Notes: generated from the letters alone by a model not told the origin. A stretch of DNA of 64,000 nt from Tubiluchus corallicola (GCA_030141605.1 JAQGDQ010000077.1:496001-560000), one strand, 5' to 3'. Numbered from the stretch's first letter, positions 52,601 through 64,000 are shown. Numbers and translations are program-made.

Positions 52601-55600
52601 TCCCAACCAAAGGAGTAATTTCACTAACTGGCCTCTTAGGTTTTTTATTTTATCATTGCTAATTGTAGAATTTCTTCTAGCCCTGAGCTGGTACAAAATT
52701 TGCCATATGGTGAAAAAATTGACATTTGGGCAGCCGGTGCAGTGCTCTACGAAATGTGCACATTAAAACATGCCTTTTACAGTTCTAACATGTTGTCATT
52801 GGCCACAAAGGTACGTTATTTTTTGCAGTCTCACTTCTCCAATTAAGCATTGTGGTACAAAGCTAAGATACGTGATCTAGTTCCTAACCTCCATATTTTA
52901 CCTAAAGGGTTCTCAGAAAAGTTTACTGAAGTAACAGTTATGACCATACTCTCTGTGTAGCCTTCAAAAGTTTTCTGCTATGATTACAAATCTAGATTCT
53001 ACATCAACAGCAATTACAAAGTAGTCCATGCAAACATCAGGGAATGGCAAATTACTTTTGTTTATTACTAGATTGTGAGTGGTGTGTATGAACCACTACC
53101 TGAAGGACAATATTCGAAAGTAGTCGTGGACACAGTAAAACATTGCTTGACAGTAAAGAGTGAGGATAGACCAGATATTTTGCAAGTAAGTTTTTACTTT
53201 GTTCAATTTAAGAGAAAAATTTTGTTTTATTTCATACATTTTAACGGTAAGTATTTTTCTGTCAAAATTTTATACAATTTTTTATTTCAATTTCTGTGTA
53301 TTTTGTTTTATTTCAAGTATAACTTTTGAATTGGATAGTGAAGCTCAAGTTCTGAAATAAGATTTTGATCTTTATTCTCAAAATTTAATTTTATTCGCTT
53401 TTAGTGTGACAAAAATGAATATTATCAGCCAATGACTAGAACGTATTCATGCAGCAGCCAGTTCTATAGCACTAACTGCTACTAGTGCGGCTGTAGTAAA
53501 ATTTGCACAGTGCTGAACTACAAAATTCTGAAACAGCATTATCAACTGGATGAGTAATGCTGGCAAAACTGTTTCTGAGGGTTTCATCTGCCATACTGAC
53601 CAGACTAATTAACTCACTACTCAGTGTTATATACATCTGAAACCATCCTATCTTTGGACCATCGCATCCTGTTTCAGAGAATTATTCTTGACAATGAGCT
53701 ACAATTCCAAAATCATCACTATTGGTAGGCCCTTCGTCCATTATGTGCTGGATATCAGCTTGCAACTTGCCAAACTGTGTACAAAAAAGGTATAAGCATT
53801 GACAAATTGACAAATCCAGAAATCAGTTAAGGCTATCTTTGCTCCTAAGACATAGACAATAATTACAAAGTGTAGTTGTGATATTTTCATTCAAAATTTA
53901 GTTGTAGTGCACTGTTTGAAATTGATAACTGCTCTTTCAAGATTTCAAAATTTTAACAGCTCAGCAATCAAATTTGGAATCATTTTTTTGGTTCAGGATA
54001 TACATAAGCTATTCAAAGTCAGTAACATGTTGTAAAGAGAGCATTCATTGGCATTGTTTTGGACCAAAACCAACTTTGTCTGCTTTTACCTTTAACGGTC
54101 AGGCCCTATTATGTATTTACTACAAAGCAGTTTTTCATGTAAAGCATTGGGCTTTAGTTCGATTCAACTCATTAGTTTGTGAACCACTGGAGCAATTCAG
54201 CAAATTGTTATGTGGAGCAAATGATGACTAGAATTTAGCAAATAGCTAGAAGCTATAGACAACAACCAGGCAATCTTTAGACTTACGCGTGTGACACTTT
54301 CAATGCCTAAATTCCATAAACTGTTGAATTATTGGTTTTCCTTGCACAATCGCAAATTAAATATCACCTTATGGATTGTCAGTTTAAGTACTTCAAACAG
54401 TGAGCTGTTGCTTTTGAAATTAGATTTTTTAAAATCTTTTTTATGTTTTTTCACATTCAAATGTTAGGTTTGTTGTTGCCAACTTTTTGAATATCAAATG
54501 TCGAGACAAGAGGTTTTCTCTTTAATTACTGCTTCGAAGATCTGGATTAGTCATTTTAGACTATTTAAGGTCTATTTATAACATAAATTTTTGAACTGAA
54601 ACTTTATTTCATAAAAAATCATGTAAACATATATGTAAGCAAAATAAATAGCACCACTACAATAATACAAAATTAAACAGCAGAAACTATATTCTTAAAC
54701 ACAAAACATATCATGCTGCGAGAACATGTTGTTTGCTGTAATTTATGTAATTTTTTGTAATTTTGATTCGACTTAATTCAAGTTCAAAACCGTCAAAAGA
54801 AACAATTTTTATCTTTCAAAGTGATGTCGCTGTCATGCTCATATGCATAGTCCAAATTTGCATTTTGCGAAATTCTAAAGAGCAGAAACAGTAACTGCAG
54901 TTTAGCATGTATCATCAATGTGCATCAATAGTTTGTAAATGTCTCCTAAATAGAACCTCCCAAATAGAACAGACACAATATACAGAAGCAGCTGAGTCAA
55001 TAATCAATGTAAATGAAATGGATAGCTGTGTAAGCCACAAGTGTATGTCATTCAACACTCTTGTGTGCCACAATGTGTTAACAGCAGGCTATGTAATCTA
55101 TCCTAATGGACTTGGTACATTTCACAGAAGCTGTGATTGGAATCAGACAGTCAGTGTTGTGTAAGATCTGCAGGCACTTTTGCTGTATGGCTCATGCCAC
55201 TAGCCGAAAAATCAAAATAAAAATTAGATCTAATGCGGCAATTGTCGGGTCAAGGATTTTACATTTGTTCGTTATTTATTCATTATTTAAATGTGATACA
55301 TTCACAATGTGCGCATTATTGGCAATCCAAGTGCTCTAGACAATGCTGACCTCCGGGTTGTTAGTTTTTTAAATAGTATGAAAACTGAATCAACAAACAA
55401 GTTTCAGCAACTAACCTCATCTGCATTGTGGATTGTGCTGTTAACTTTAGCACTAATTGCCATGGATAACAAAAGTGTCACAAATTCAAATAACAACCTG
55501 TTGAAATTGGACAACATTACATTCTTAAATCATTCTGACACATCAACCAATCATGCTGGCATCATTATCTACTATGAAATTACAATTATGGTAATTGTAT

Positions 55601-58600
55601 TTGTGATGGCGACTTTGGGTAATAGTTTAGTGCTGTTGGCTGTTTATCAATCACAACATTTGAGAACAAGCACAAATTACCTAATTGCATCACTTGCTGT
55701 TACTGATGTGATAGTTGGAGTGAACTCAATTTTTTATGCTGTGTATTTAAGTGTGACTGAAGTTTCGACAATATTTTATATTATATTGCAGTTCCTGTAT
55801 TTTGTTAGTTTCAATGCAAGTATAATTCACATAGTTTTCATAGCAGTAGAGCGGTATATAGGTGTTATATATCCACTGAAATATACTACGTTTATAAATG
55901 AAAAATCTGTTAAGTATGCTGTGCGTGTAATGTGGATAGCACCTTGCTTATACTTACTTCTGACAATAATATTGATTAATCTAGTTGACTTACTTACACC
56001 TGTTGTTCTAGATGCAATCTGCTTTTACATTATCCCACTTACAGTAATTATTTTAATGTACGCAAAGATTTGGAAAGTTGCTCGAAAGCAGATGCGTAGA
56101 ATACAGGATATTGCAACTTGCACGTCAGAATTACACAGAAGTAAAAATACGCGAGCATCGGTAATGATGGCTACAGTAACATGTGCTTTTATGTGCTGCT
56201 GGCTGCCTTATTATATCAATTTATTCTATAGCATTGTCTATTATGGAACCTTTATTGACGAAATTATATACCAATGTATAGGAGCCTTGAACAGTTGTTT
56301 GAATCCATTCATATATGCAGCCTTTAGTTCTCAATTCAGAAAAAGTTTTAAAAAAATTCTAACCAGGCAACGTTAATTCAGTAATAGTATAGGCCAGGTT
56401 TTATATTTTCTGTGAGTATTCATTATGAAGACTAATCAGGCAGCAGTGAGGAAAGGAGGAAAGAGATTTAAAGGAATTTTAAACCAAGAAATGAGAATTA
56501 AAGAAAAAGGAATGGAGAAAATGTGGAAAATGGAAGCAAGCTCTATAAAGCAAAAGTAAAGGTAATAACGAAAACGTTGTGTTTTGCACTGGCTTATGCA
56601 GCTACAACCCTGTAATTCAGCATAAAACTTAATTTTGTTAAAAAAAATTCATAGGTTTTACTTTGTTAAAATTTGCTTTTTGTCAGAAGTTGTTTTTATG
56701 TTGTGTCTGAGGAATTCACATTATTGTTACCGTTTGTTTACATCTTCTTAATCATAAAACGTGAAAAAACTGGAAATAGTTATTCTAAAGCTACATATTG
56801 GAGAATATATTTGTTGTATGTATTAGTAGAGATGACTATTCTATTAATAAATATTTAGGGGAGCTTAAAATGACCTTTGACCATTAATTGTCAACTTGTC
56901 TCATCAAAAGCTTCCATGCAATGTATAATAATGCAAAACTTTTTATACATTTTCAAAATCACAGGTGACCTATATACATATATCATTTATTAGTATCTCA
57001 ATATTCAGTCATGCACGAAAGAGTAGCAACTATTACTGAATTCTAGGGAGAGTCACTCTGCCTGCCTCATCTAGCTGTTTGCCTACTATGAGCTTGAAGT
57101 GACCTCTGACCTCAAGCCTACTGACTGTTGCTTACTATTCAATTTTTACTGATGCCAAGAAAGGTCGCTGTTTGCTGTTTAACATCTTTACAGTTACCAA
57201 AATACTGCAAAGTGCTAGATTTTATGACTTCTGGCATTTACCACTGACTGTTTAACCAAATTTTTATGTGGTACATGCACACATTTCTACAAGGTAAACT
57301 TCATTTGCCTGTTGGAAGGAAAGTATAGACAAACAAATTATGAAGAGACAGCGATTGTGAAATTTCAAAGTGATAGGTAATGTGATAGTCTCTCTATTGT
57401 CAAAAATGTGGTACATTCTGATCAATTGTAGGTTGCTGCTTTATTGGGTGATCAATTGATGAGCTATGCTGACAACTTGCAGAACAGTTGCAATACTTTA
57501 GAGCGGAAAGTTGAACATGAACGTGAAAAAACTAAACGCCACCTTTTGGAGGCAAACAGGATTATGCAGAATTTTCGAACGCTAGTAAATGCATCTCGCC
57601 TACAAACTCAGAGTTCTTGTGCTGCTGGGAGTTCAACACAGCTTAGTAGTAACAAGATTCATGACTCAAAGGGGGATGCTAGTGCAGAGAGTCCAGGTTT
57701 AGGCGACAGTGGAGTATTCATGTCTGAACGATTCTTTAAGCAAATGTCACAAGACACCACTGCTGCTGAAGGTAAAATGGCCAAGGTTGTTTGGTGTTGA
57801 TGATGACGATGATTATGATGATGATGGTGATTGTGATATGCTGCTGCGCTTGATAATGATGATTGTCAAGATGATGATTTCTCACAAGGTGTAATAGACC
57901 TCTCTAGATAACTCCCTTAACTGTTTTATACACTAAGTAGGTGTCGATAGGAGTGGTCTACATAGAAATAACATACGCTATAGGTCAGGGACTTAGATCA
58001 CGATAGCACATTATCAAACTTCACCAAAATGGTACCTGAGTTAAGGACTTAGATCCTGATAACACCTTTCCAAATATTGTCAAAATGGTGCACAAATCAC
58101 GGACTTAGATCGTAATAACACAATGCCAAATATCATCAAAATGGTGCATAAATCAAGGACTTAGATCATAATAACACAATGCCAAACATCATCAAAATGG
58201 TGCATAAGTCAAGGATTTAGATCATGATACAACCATGATCAACGTGATGATCCAAGTCCTTGACTTATGCACAATTTTGATGATGTTTGGCATAGTGTTA
58301 TCGTGATCTAAATCCTTGACCCAGATCAAATATGAATGAACACTTACATTGGCATGATGAGAACCATTTGGAAAACTAAATTGCACATTGTTAGGAGAAA
58401 TGTCATAAACAGAATATTTAAATAATTACGCTCCTGTTCACACCTGGTGTATAAAGGAAGTTAATGCAGTTATCTACAGAGGTTTATTATGCTTTGTGAG
58501 AAAACCTAGTTGTGCTCTTTGCCTTATTCACTAAAATACTCCTATGATGCTTCCTTGACAATTTGGGAAGTGTGAATATGTGTGTGATGCATGATCCTTG

Positions 58601-60009
58601 ATGAACAGTGCATATGCAGCAATTTGTATTCAAACACACGGAAGTGTTCCCATTTATACGTTTTACACAATCCGCAATGTGTGACACGTGATTCGTATTT
58701 ATTTGAACATGTTCGCTATAGTCCGAATACGCATTGCGCGGCAATATGCAGATGGGAAACTGCCATATTATTTATGTGATTTAGCGAGTTTTGGGGTTTC
58801 TATGTTATGCATTTGGGGCATGGCATTATGGATCACGCATCATACATTTCGTGCACTTGGAGTCCTACCTTTAGTGAGAAAACTGCTTTAATCCACAACT
58901 CGTTTTTACAAAAGCTATTTTATTTTGTTACTGTAAATTACCAATTTTTGTATGTGCTAATCCATTTGCCTTTATCGTTGTAACAGAGTCATCTAGTGGA
59001 GAAAAGGTATTTCGTCCTTCTCGAGGCATTAGCAAATCAGCTCATGTACCACGGCACACTGATGTAGACATTCCAAAACAACTACGACCAAAGTCTGCTA
59101 GTATGGCAGCAACACCAACTTTATCAATATCTGCTAGGAAAATGCGCCAAATCTCAGACCCTGCACAAGAGATTCTCAACTTAATACATAAAATCATGTT
59201 TATTACTCAACTACCGCCGTCACTCAAACACAATCCGCGGAGACATCTGGTAGAATGTTACCAAAAGAAAGTATTTTCGTCAAAGGCTGGTTGCATAGAT
59301 TTGAAAGCTGAACTAAATAAGGTTAGTTGCTAATGATTAGCTTAGGGCTATTTTGAAAATTCTGTTTGAAAGAATGCTTTTCATTTGTGGATATGCATAA
59401 ATTTTATGTTTTAGAGGACGTATATTAAAAAGAATTTTGTCTTTTGTCAATTACAAGAATACTTTCTATTAGCATAGTATTGCTGCTTCTGCTAGGCACT
59501 ACAGAAACATTCAGTTAATCACATTATTATCCATTGCTTTGTCCATCCTTGAAACCATAGATGTAGACAATGGCTTTGTCTGCTCAACCAGGAGAACTTA
59601 TCGCATCTGTATTTATTCTTTTAACTAATAAATTATTCTAGAAGCATTTCATTTCTGATCTGCAAATCAGAACTAGTTTTTTTGTAGAATTTAAACTGCT
59701 AGTTGCATACACAGCTTCACATTTCAAACCATTACTTAAGCAAATAATTTATGTAAAAAATATATTAATTCTCCTCTGACATACATAATGCATTTTCCAA
59801 TCGCTTTGTAGGTTATCCTCGGAGGAGAAAGTTTGGTGGATTTTGGTATTTCAGAGCCACACTTCCTCTTCAAGAAAGCCTCATCCATGACTGATGTTGA
59901 CAGTGGCAGTGAACATGAAGTTGGTGTAACATACTGCCATCTACAGTCTGTTATAGAAAGTGTGTTGGTTGAAAATGGTTATTATGACGTGCAGTTTATG
60001 AAAAAGTAA
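38797..60009 (+). CDS. NEK10: Serine/threonine-protein kinase Nek10 (armadillo repeats, central kinase domain, coiled-coil C-terminus); 24 coding exons, about 1048 aa as assembled
   Basis: Exons 38797-38864, 39016-39079, 39684-39784, 40328-40423, 41000-41126, 41353-41431, 42261-42328, 43087-43166, 43286-43372, 44271-44360, 44544-44675, 45165-45283, 46700-46845, 47704-47871, 48470-48643, 49637-49766, 50867-50988, 51334-51436, 51959-52034, 52681-52810, 53072-53185, 57432-57771, 58987-59321, 59812-60009 (optional extra exon 60566-60581). Phases are consistent, total 3147 nt. NEK10-specific motifs AFRALRFLFSMERNR, LGSGAFGSVYKV, HRDLTPNNIML, DFGLAKQ, VVGTILYS, YSSNMLSLATKIV, QISDP...IHKIMFITQLPP. 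The first two exons are least certain. Confidence 0.95.
41540..42050 (-). mobile_element. Highly decayed Ty3/Gypsy integrase relic in NEK10 intron 6
   Basis: Frameshifted minus-strand fragments in the correct order: PIP...W...HF..RLPS / NSILVV / SRHGFSLRIVCDN / HTTAL...VE(R)Q / SYKS. Compare the Gypsy rve pattern PW..DF.GPLPSG..LLVV...SRHG.P..IVSDN...TTP...VERQN...AYRST. Confidence 0.5.
43547..43700. repeat. (GAT)n trinucleotide microsatellite in NEK10 intron 9
   Basis: Seen directly. Confidence 0.97.
53425..53790 (+). mobile_element. Highly decayed Ty3/Gypsy integrase relic in NEK10 intron 21
   Basis: Frameshifted plus-strand fragments TTQCYIHLK / IF..H.I / QRIILDNELQF (about 53617-53707) resemble the Gypsy integrase pattern TT...I..LK.IFARHGIP..IISDNGPQF. 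Confidence 0.45.
55378..56376 (+). CDS. Orphan rhodopsin-like (class A) GPCR, intronless, nested in NEK10 intron 21 on the same strand; likely start is the ATG at 55462 (gccATGg) or 55378
   Basis: Seven hydrophobic helices with GN (TM1), LRTSTNYLIASLAVTD (TM2), ERY (TM3), W (TM4), P...Y (TM5), F..CWLPY (TM6), NSCLNPFIY (TM7) and helix 8 FRKSF. N-glycosylation sequons in the N-terminus. Candidate AATAAA at 56846. Confidence 0.93.
   Translation: MKTESTNKFQQLTSSALWIVLLTLALIAMDNKSVTNSNNNLLKLDNITFLNHSDTSTNHAGIIIYYEITIMVIVFVMATLGNSLVLLAVYQSQHLRTSTNYLIASLAVTDVIVGVNSIFYAVYLSVTEVSTIFYIILQFLYFVSFNASIIHIVFIAVERYIGVIYPLKYTTFINEKSVKYAVRVMWIAPCLYLLLTIILINLVDLLTPVVLDAICFYIIPLTVIILMYAKIWKVARKQMRRIQDIATCTSELHRSKNTRASVMMATVTCAFMCCWLPYYINLFYSIVYYGTFIDEIIYQCIGALNSCLNPFIYAAFSSQFRKSFKKILTRQR
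57983..58321. mobile_element. Foldback-like element built from a 56-bp unit: about 4.3 direct copies followed by about 1.3 inverted copies
   Basis: Unit GGACTTAGATCATAATAACACAATGCCAAACATCATCAAAATGGTGCATAAGTCAA repeats from 57989 to about 58225, then appears inverted from about 58249 to 58321. Termini are GGTCA...TGACC. Confidence 0.85.
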
Positions 60010-63000
60010 GTTTGTCATAAACACCAACTTAGTATTAGAAATATTTATATTTGTACACATTCGGTTTGCTAAAATATCACTAAAGCTATTAAACTTGTGT
60101 TATAACTTATGAAAGGCAATAACAATTCAGAATGGTCACCAGAGCAATCAATAATAAAATTGTGATGTTCCACACAAGCATCGCTTTTTTTATTAAATGT
60201 AATGTTCAGTGCTGTTTGCTTAGCATGTAACAAAATCCTGTTTAAATTGAACCTCACTTGTTTGTCACTGCTTTTGGTAATGACACGATTACTATGGAAA
60301 CTGTACCTAGGATATGCTACTGCTAAACTTACGGTACTTCATTGTCTAATATCTTTTTTTTCTGTGAATATCAGATTTTTAAATGGTAGAAATAATTTTA
60401 GTTGTTTGATAAGAAACCCCAGGTATTTAATCATGTAATTTTTTGAATAACACACAAATAAATTTTACATTTGAGTACCAGTAGAGATAAAAATTTTATA
60501 CAAATTTACATCTTATTGCATAACTGCTTAACTTTGTTTGTTAATGTCTTTGTTTGTCTTCTTAGGTACATAACTTGGTAATGAAATTTGTTTATATGTA
60601 TTATATTTATCTATACATATATGTTTTTCTTTATTTGTGTAATTATTTACAGAAGTTCAAGTCTGAGTGGTATCTGTCAGCTAACTGCATTGCAACAGAA
60701 AACATAACAAGCTGTGCCAAATTTATAAAGGTCTTATTCAATATAGTCACCCTGTGAGGCGTAAGTACAAAAACTGTTTAACAGAATGTATTTTATAATG
60801 ACCTCGGCAGTGTGATAACTGTAAAATTCAAGCACTAAGTAACTTGCCTGAGAACTTACGATGCAAGTGAGAAACCTCATCACCATACAATATGAGAGCA
60901 CAGGAAGGTGCTGCAGGGTACTGCTGAGCAATAATAAAGAATTCATATTTGGGTGGCATCATTTTTTTTCAAACATTTGTTGGTTTTTTGAATTGACACT
61001 GGGTCTTGTAACCAGTAACAGGCAGCTTCCTAGTCTTAATTATGAAAGAAAATGACTATTGGAAAACAGTTTAGTACAAATATAGTAGCCATTGAAAATG
61101 TGCAGTTGTGTGCATGTTATTTTTACATAAGTGATTGCTTTTGGCTTTCGAATTTTTCTACCTTTATTTCAATTTGTTTTGAACAGTAATTTTCCTTGCA
61201 GAAAACTGAATTTTGTCTAGCACTATTAAAACATGATAATGTGAAGCGACTCAGAGTGTATGACAGTGGTAATTTTAAGTCAGTTATTACACAGTGCAAG
61301 CTTATTCCGTCCATTGACCCTATGTCAGTTCTTCGTCCAAGCTTTTTATTGAGTAGTTGTATAAAAACGAGATTGTATTTTATGTATGAAGTATAGTTAC
61401 AGCACGCAAATTTGTAACGTCAGTGATTAGCATTTAGGCAAGGGAACCTAATTTTTATGGATTAGCAGGTCATACGCTTTCATTGTAAATTAGTTATTTA
61501 GTTTTGTTAAATTTGTTTATGGTAATAAAAGCATTTTGTTACAAGTACTGTCATGAACTGTCGTTGGAAAGGATAAAATGTCATTCTGTTTTTAGCAATC
61601 TTCCGTCATTATTTAATTAGTTCATGTCTTTTCTAGTCAGATTACATGCTAGTCAGTAACTGTAGTCACACTCATTATATTATGACTCATATTCTAGTAA
61701 CTAGTCATATTATATCTAACACTTGTAGCATTTATTAATGGAGTTTAAACACCTTACCTTTTAGTTGGACATGTCAAGTCTTGTCCATTATCAAATTCCA
61801 AAGTGTTTTAATGGCAGTTTGTATAGTGCAATGTTTTATCTTCAATGATGTACATTCTATCATATTTTATAGTATATCTTTGCTTGTGTAATGTAGTTAG
61901 TGATTGGTTTCCTTTGTGCAAGCAGTGTATTATACTACTGTGAAAAATAAATAGTAAAAAATTTTTAAATCGATTACCTACCTGAAAGCACGTACCATAA
62001 TGCTCTTTATCGACTGTATACTACTTTTTAATGATATTTTGCAAATATTGTACAAAACTGAGCCAATTTGCTTGATTCTAGTTCTCTTAAATCTCCTGTT
62101 AACTCTTATAAGATGTGGCAGCCTTGTGAGTTTTTGACATATAATAAAAGACACTTAAGTATATTTTACCTAGCTTATAACTCTTTCTGTGATTTCTAAA
62201 ATTACGACTTAATGTTGTGCACAGTAGTACCATAATTTAATGTCACATTTTTCTTTCTGAAGTTTAATTTGGTAATGCTGGTTTTTAACATAAGCTAGCA
62301 AAACTTTCCATTTAGAATAGACCTTCATAGCTGTCCTATCCTATATCTGCTTGGTACTTATACGTTGATGTAAACGGTGTAACATAAAAGGATTTTAATT
62401 AAGTGAAGTGAAGTTAACAGAAAGATGCAAAAGTATTAATTTTGAACTCCTGATTTATTATTTTTGTAAATGTTTCTATCCAATGTTTAACTTAAAATTA
62501 CATAATTACATAACTGTATAGAACAAGACTATAAATCATGAAGTACACAAGTGTTATAAACATTTTTACGTGGTACATTATGTAAAAATATTAAATGTAA
62601 AGAAACGGGAAAGTATATTGAAGGATTTTTCATGTAATTGCAGAAACTTGGGTGTCTGCATAATAAAATCTATTTATTATGTTGGTATAATGTTATACAC
62701 TCTGCTGGTCGTCATTGGTCATTATATTTCACAAGGTAGCATGCATTAAAAAAATTATAGACTTAACTTTTTAATAAACGTAAATCAGTGCCCTTGCATA
62801 TACCTACAATAACTACATGTCCCACTTGTTTTTACAGCTAGATAAGTCACCATAGCAAACACTCTTAATATTAATAATAAATATGTAGCTGGTTAGTGTT
62901 GTCACTCAATTAAAACATTTTCATTACTTAAGAATCATCTGCATATTCTACTTGCAAAAAAAATTTCTTATACTATTCTGATGTGTTTGATTCTCATTAT

Positions 63001-63156
63001 TTACATGTGTCACCAAAAATAATACTAAGAACTACTTATTTATAAATTTAATGAAAATAACTGACATTGTATGGTTTAAGAAAATATATTTTGCACTTAT
63101 GTGGTATTGTGAAAAATGATCAAATCTCTATACTTAATTAAAATAGATATTAGCTG

Positions 63157-63336
63157 TCAGTTGAGGCATGATTCACATCTGACTAATCCATTATCGTCGC
63201 ACATGGTGCATCTTAAAGCTTGAAACTCCTCTGTAAAGTGATTCCTGTGCATAGATTTTTTGCTGCCATTGCAAGCGAAGCAAGGGAGGAAACCAAATCC
63301 TCCACACTGATCACAGGAGGTTGTAGCTACAACTTT
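63157..63336 (-). CDS. GRXCR1: Glutaredoxin domain-containing cysteine-rich protein (GRXCR1/CG31559-like), terminal exon; gene continues right of window
   Basis: KVVATTSCDQCGGFGFLPCFACNGSKKSMHRNHFTEEFQALRCTMCDDNGLVRCESCLN* is the four-CxxC C-terminal domain diagnostic of the GRXCR family. Acceptor tttcag| at 63337. Confidence 0.92.
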   Translation of the reverse strand, partial: KVVATTSCDQCGGFGFLPCFACNGSKKSMHRNHFTEEFQALRCTMCDDNGLVRCESCLN

Positions 63337-64000
63337 CTGAAATGCAAAGAAAAGCAAATGCAGTATTTGCTTACACAACAAAGGCAAGTGGTCCAGTGCA
63401 TTCATTGTGGCGTCAGTGAGTGCTTTATTGATTTACCATGAGCATATGATTTAACCATTTCGTTTACAGTGCCAAAGTCAAGGTATATAATGGTGGGAAT
63501 GTTTTTTCAGTTGCGTAAGCAATTTCTCAAAAACGCACTGCAATCCTAGTTTTTGATTCAGAAAGTAATCCTGTTCAATGAAATGCAAGTGCAGTCATTA
63601 GGCCTTTAGTTTTCCTACTAAGAGTCAGGTGACTTCCTTGTAGTGAGTGTTACAAAAAAGCGAAAATTGGTACGTAAAATGTTGTAAAAACATGGAGTAA
63701 GTAAATTGCACTAAAGAAATTTAAAATTTCTTTCAGTAATAGAAGAATCAGCAGATTCCTTTATTCCCATTTTAACCAGAAGGTGGCGCCACAAGTTCAA
63801 AGTCTTTATGTATGAACTACATGTATGTACAATGTCTTGATATATAAACTAGTACATATACATTGTTACACGTTTCATCCTATGGACTGGGGTGCACATT
63901 TCTACCGGTTTATCATCATTCTGTTTGGTTTGTATTTAAATGAACTGTAGACGACATAAAGCAATGTAAGTTGGTTTTAATTCCTTTACATAAGGAACTT

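Noticed and set aside
54907-55164. 85-aa Cys-rich ORF upstream of the GPCR (CVSHKCMSFN, faintly PAN/apple-like)
   Set aside because: It is short, has no signal peptide or convincing splice sites, and the similarity is limited to a few residues.
55309-55377. GTG-initiated N-terminal extension of the GPCR in the ORF track
   Set aside because: The start is a bacterial-style alternative codon. Eukaryotic initiation at ATG 55378 or 55462 is more plausible.
53185-55462. In-frame NEK10-GPCR fusion protein
   Set aside because: The acceptor candidates I checked (55339, 55376, 55450) are out of phase with the phase-0 exon-21 donor.
57989-58225. GGACTTAGATC-anchored periodic array resembling repeat-spacer structure
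   Set aside because: Whole 56-bp units are homologous and followed by an inverted copy, which indicates a foldback or minisatellite rather than CRISPR.

Overview
AT-rich, intron- and microsatellite-rich animal genomic DNA, probably a protostome invertebrate. There are no prokaryotic features such as operons or CRISPR. Left to right, the genes are: an intronless IQCG/DRC9 gene (-); an orphan intronless 286-aa two-TM ORF (-); the first coding exon of a Gyc32E-type receptor guanylyl cyclase (-), whose later exons appear to lie left of the window, so the first two genes seem nested in its intron on the same strand; a complete 13-exon GLUT/SLC2A sugar porter (+, 519 aa as assembled) with a diverged sugar-binding pocket; a complete 24-exon NEK10 kinase (+, about 1048 aa as assembled) carrying an intact intronless orphan class A GPCR on the same strand in the intron after the kinase domain; and the last exon of GRXCR1 (-). 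Non-coding DNA holds many MITE/foldback elements, two decayed Ty3/Gypsy integrase relics, SINE fragments and long simple repeats, including about 1.07 kb of GATA/GACA. Exon structures were assembled by hand from GT-AG boundaries with consistent phases. Family calls come from recognised motifs, not database searches.
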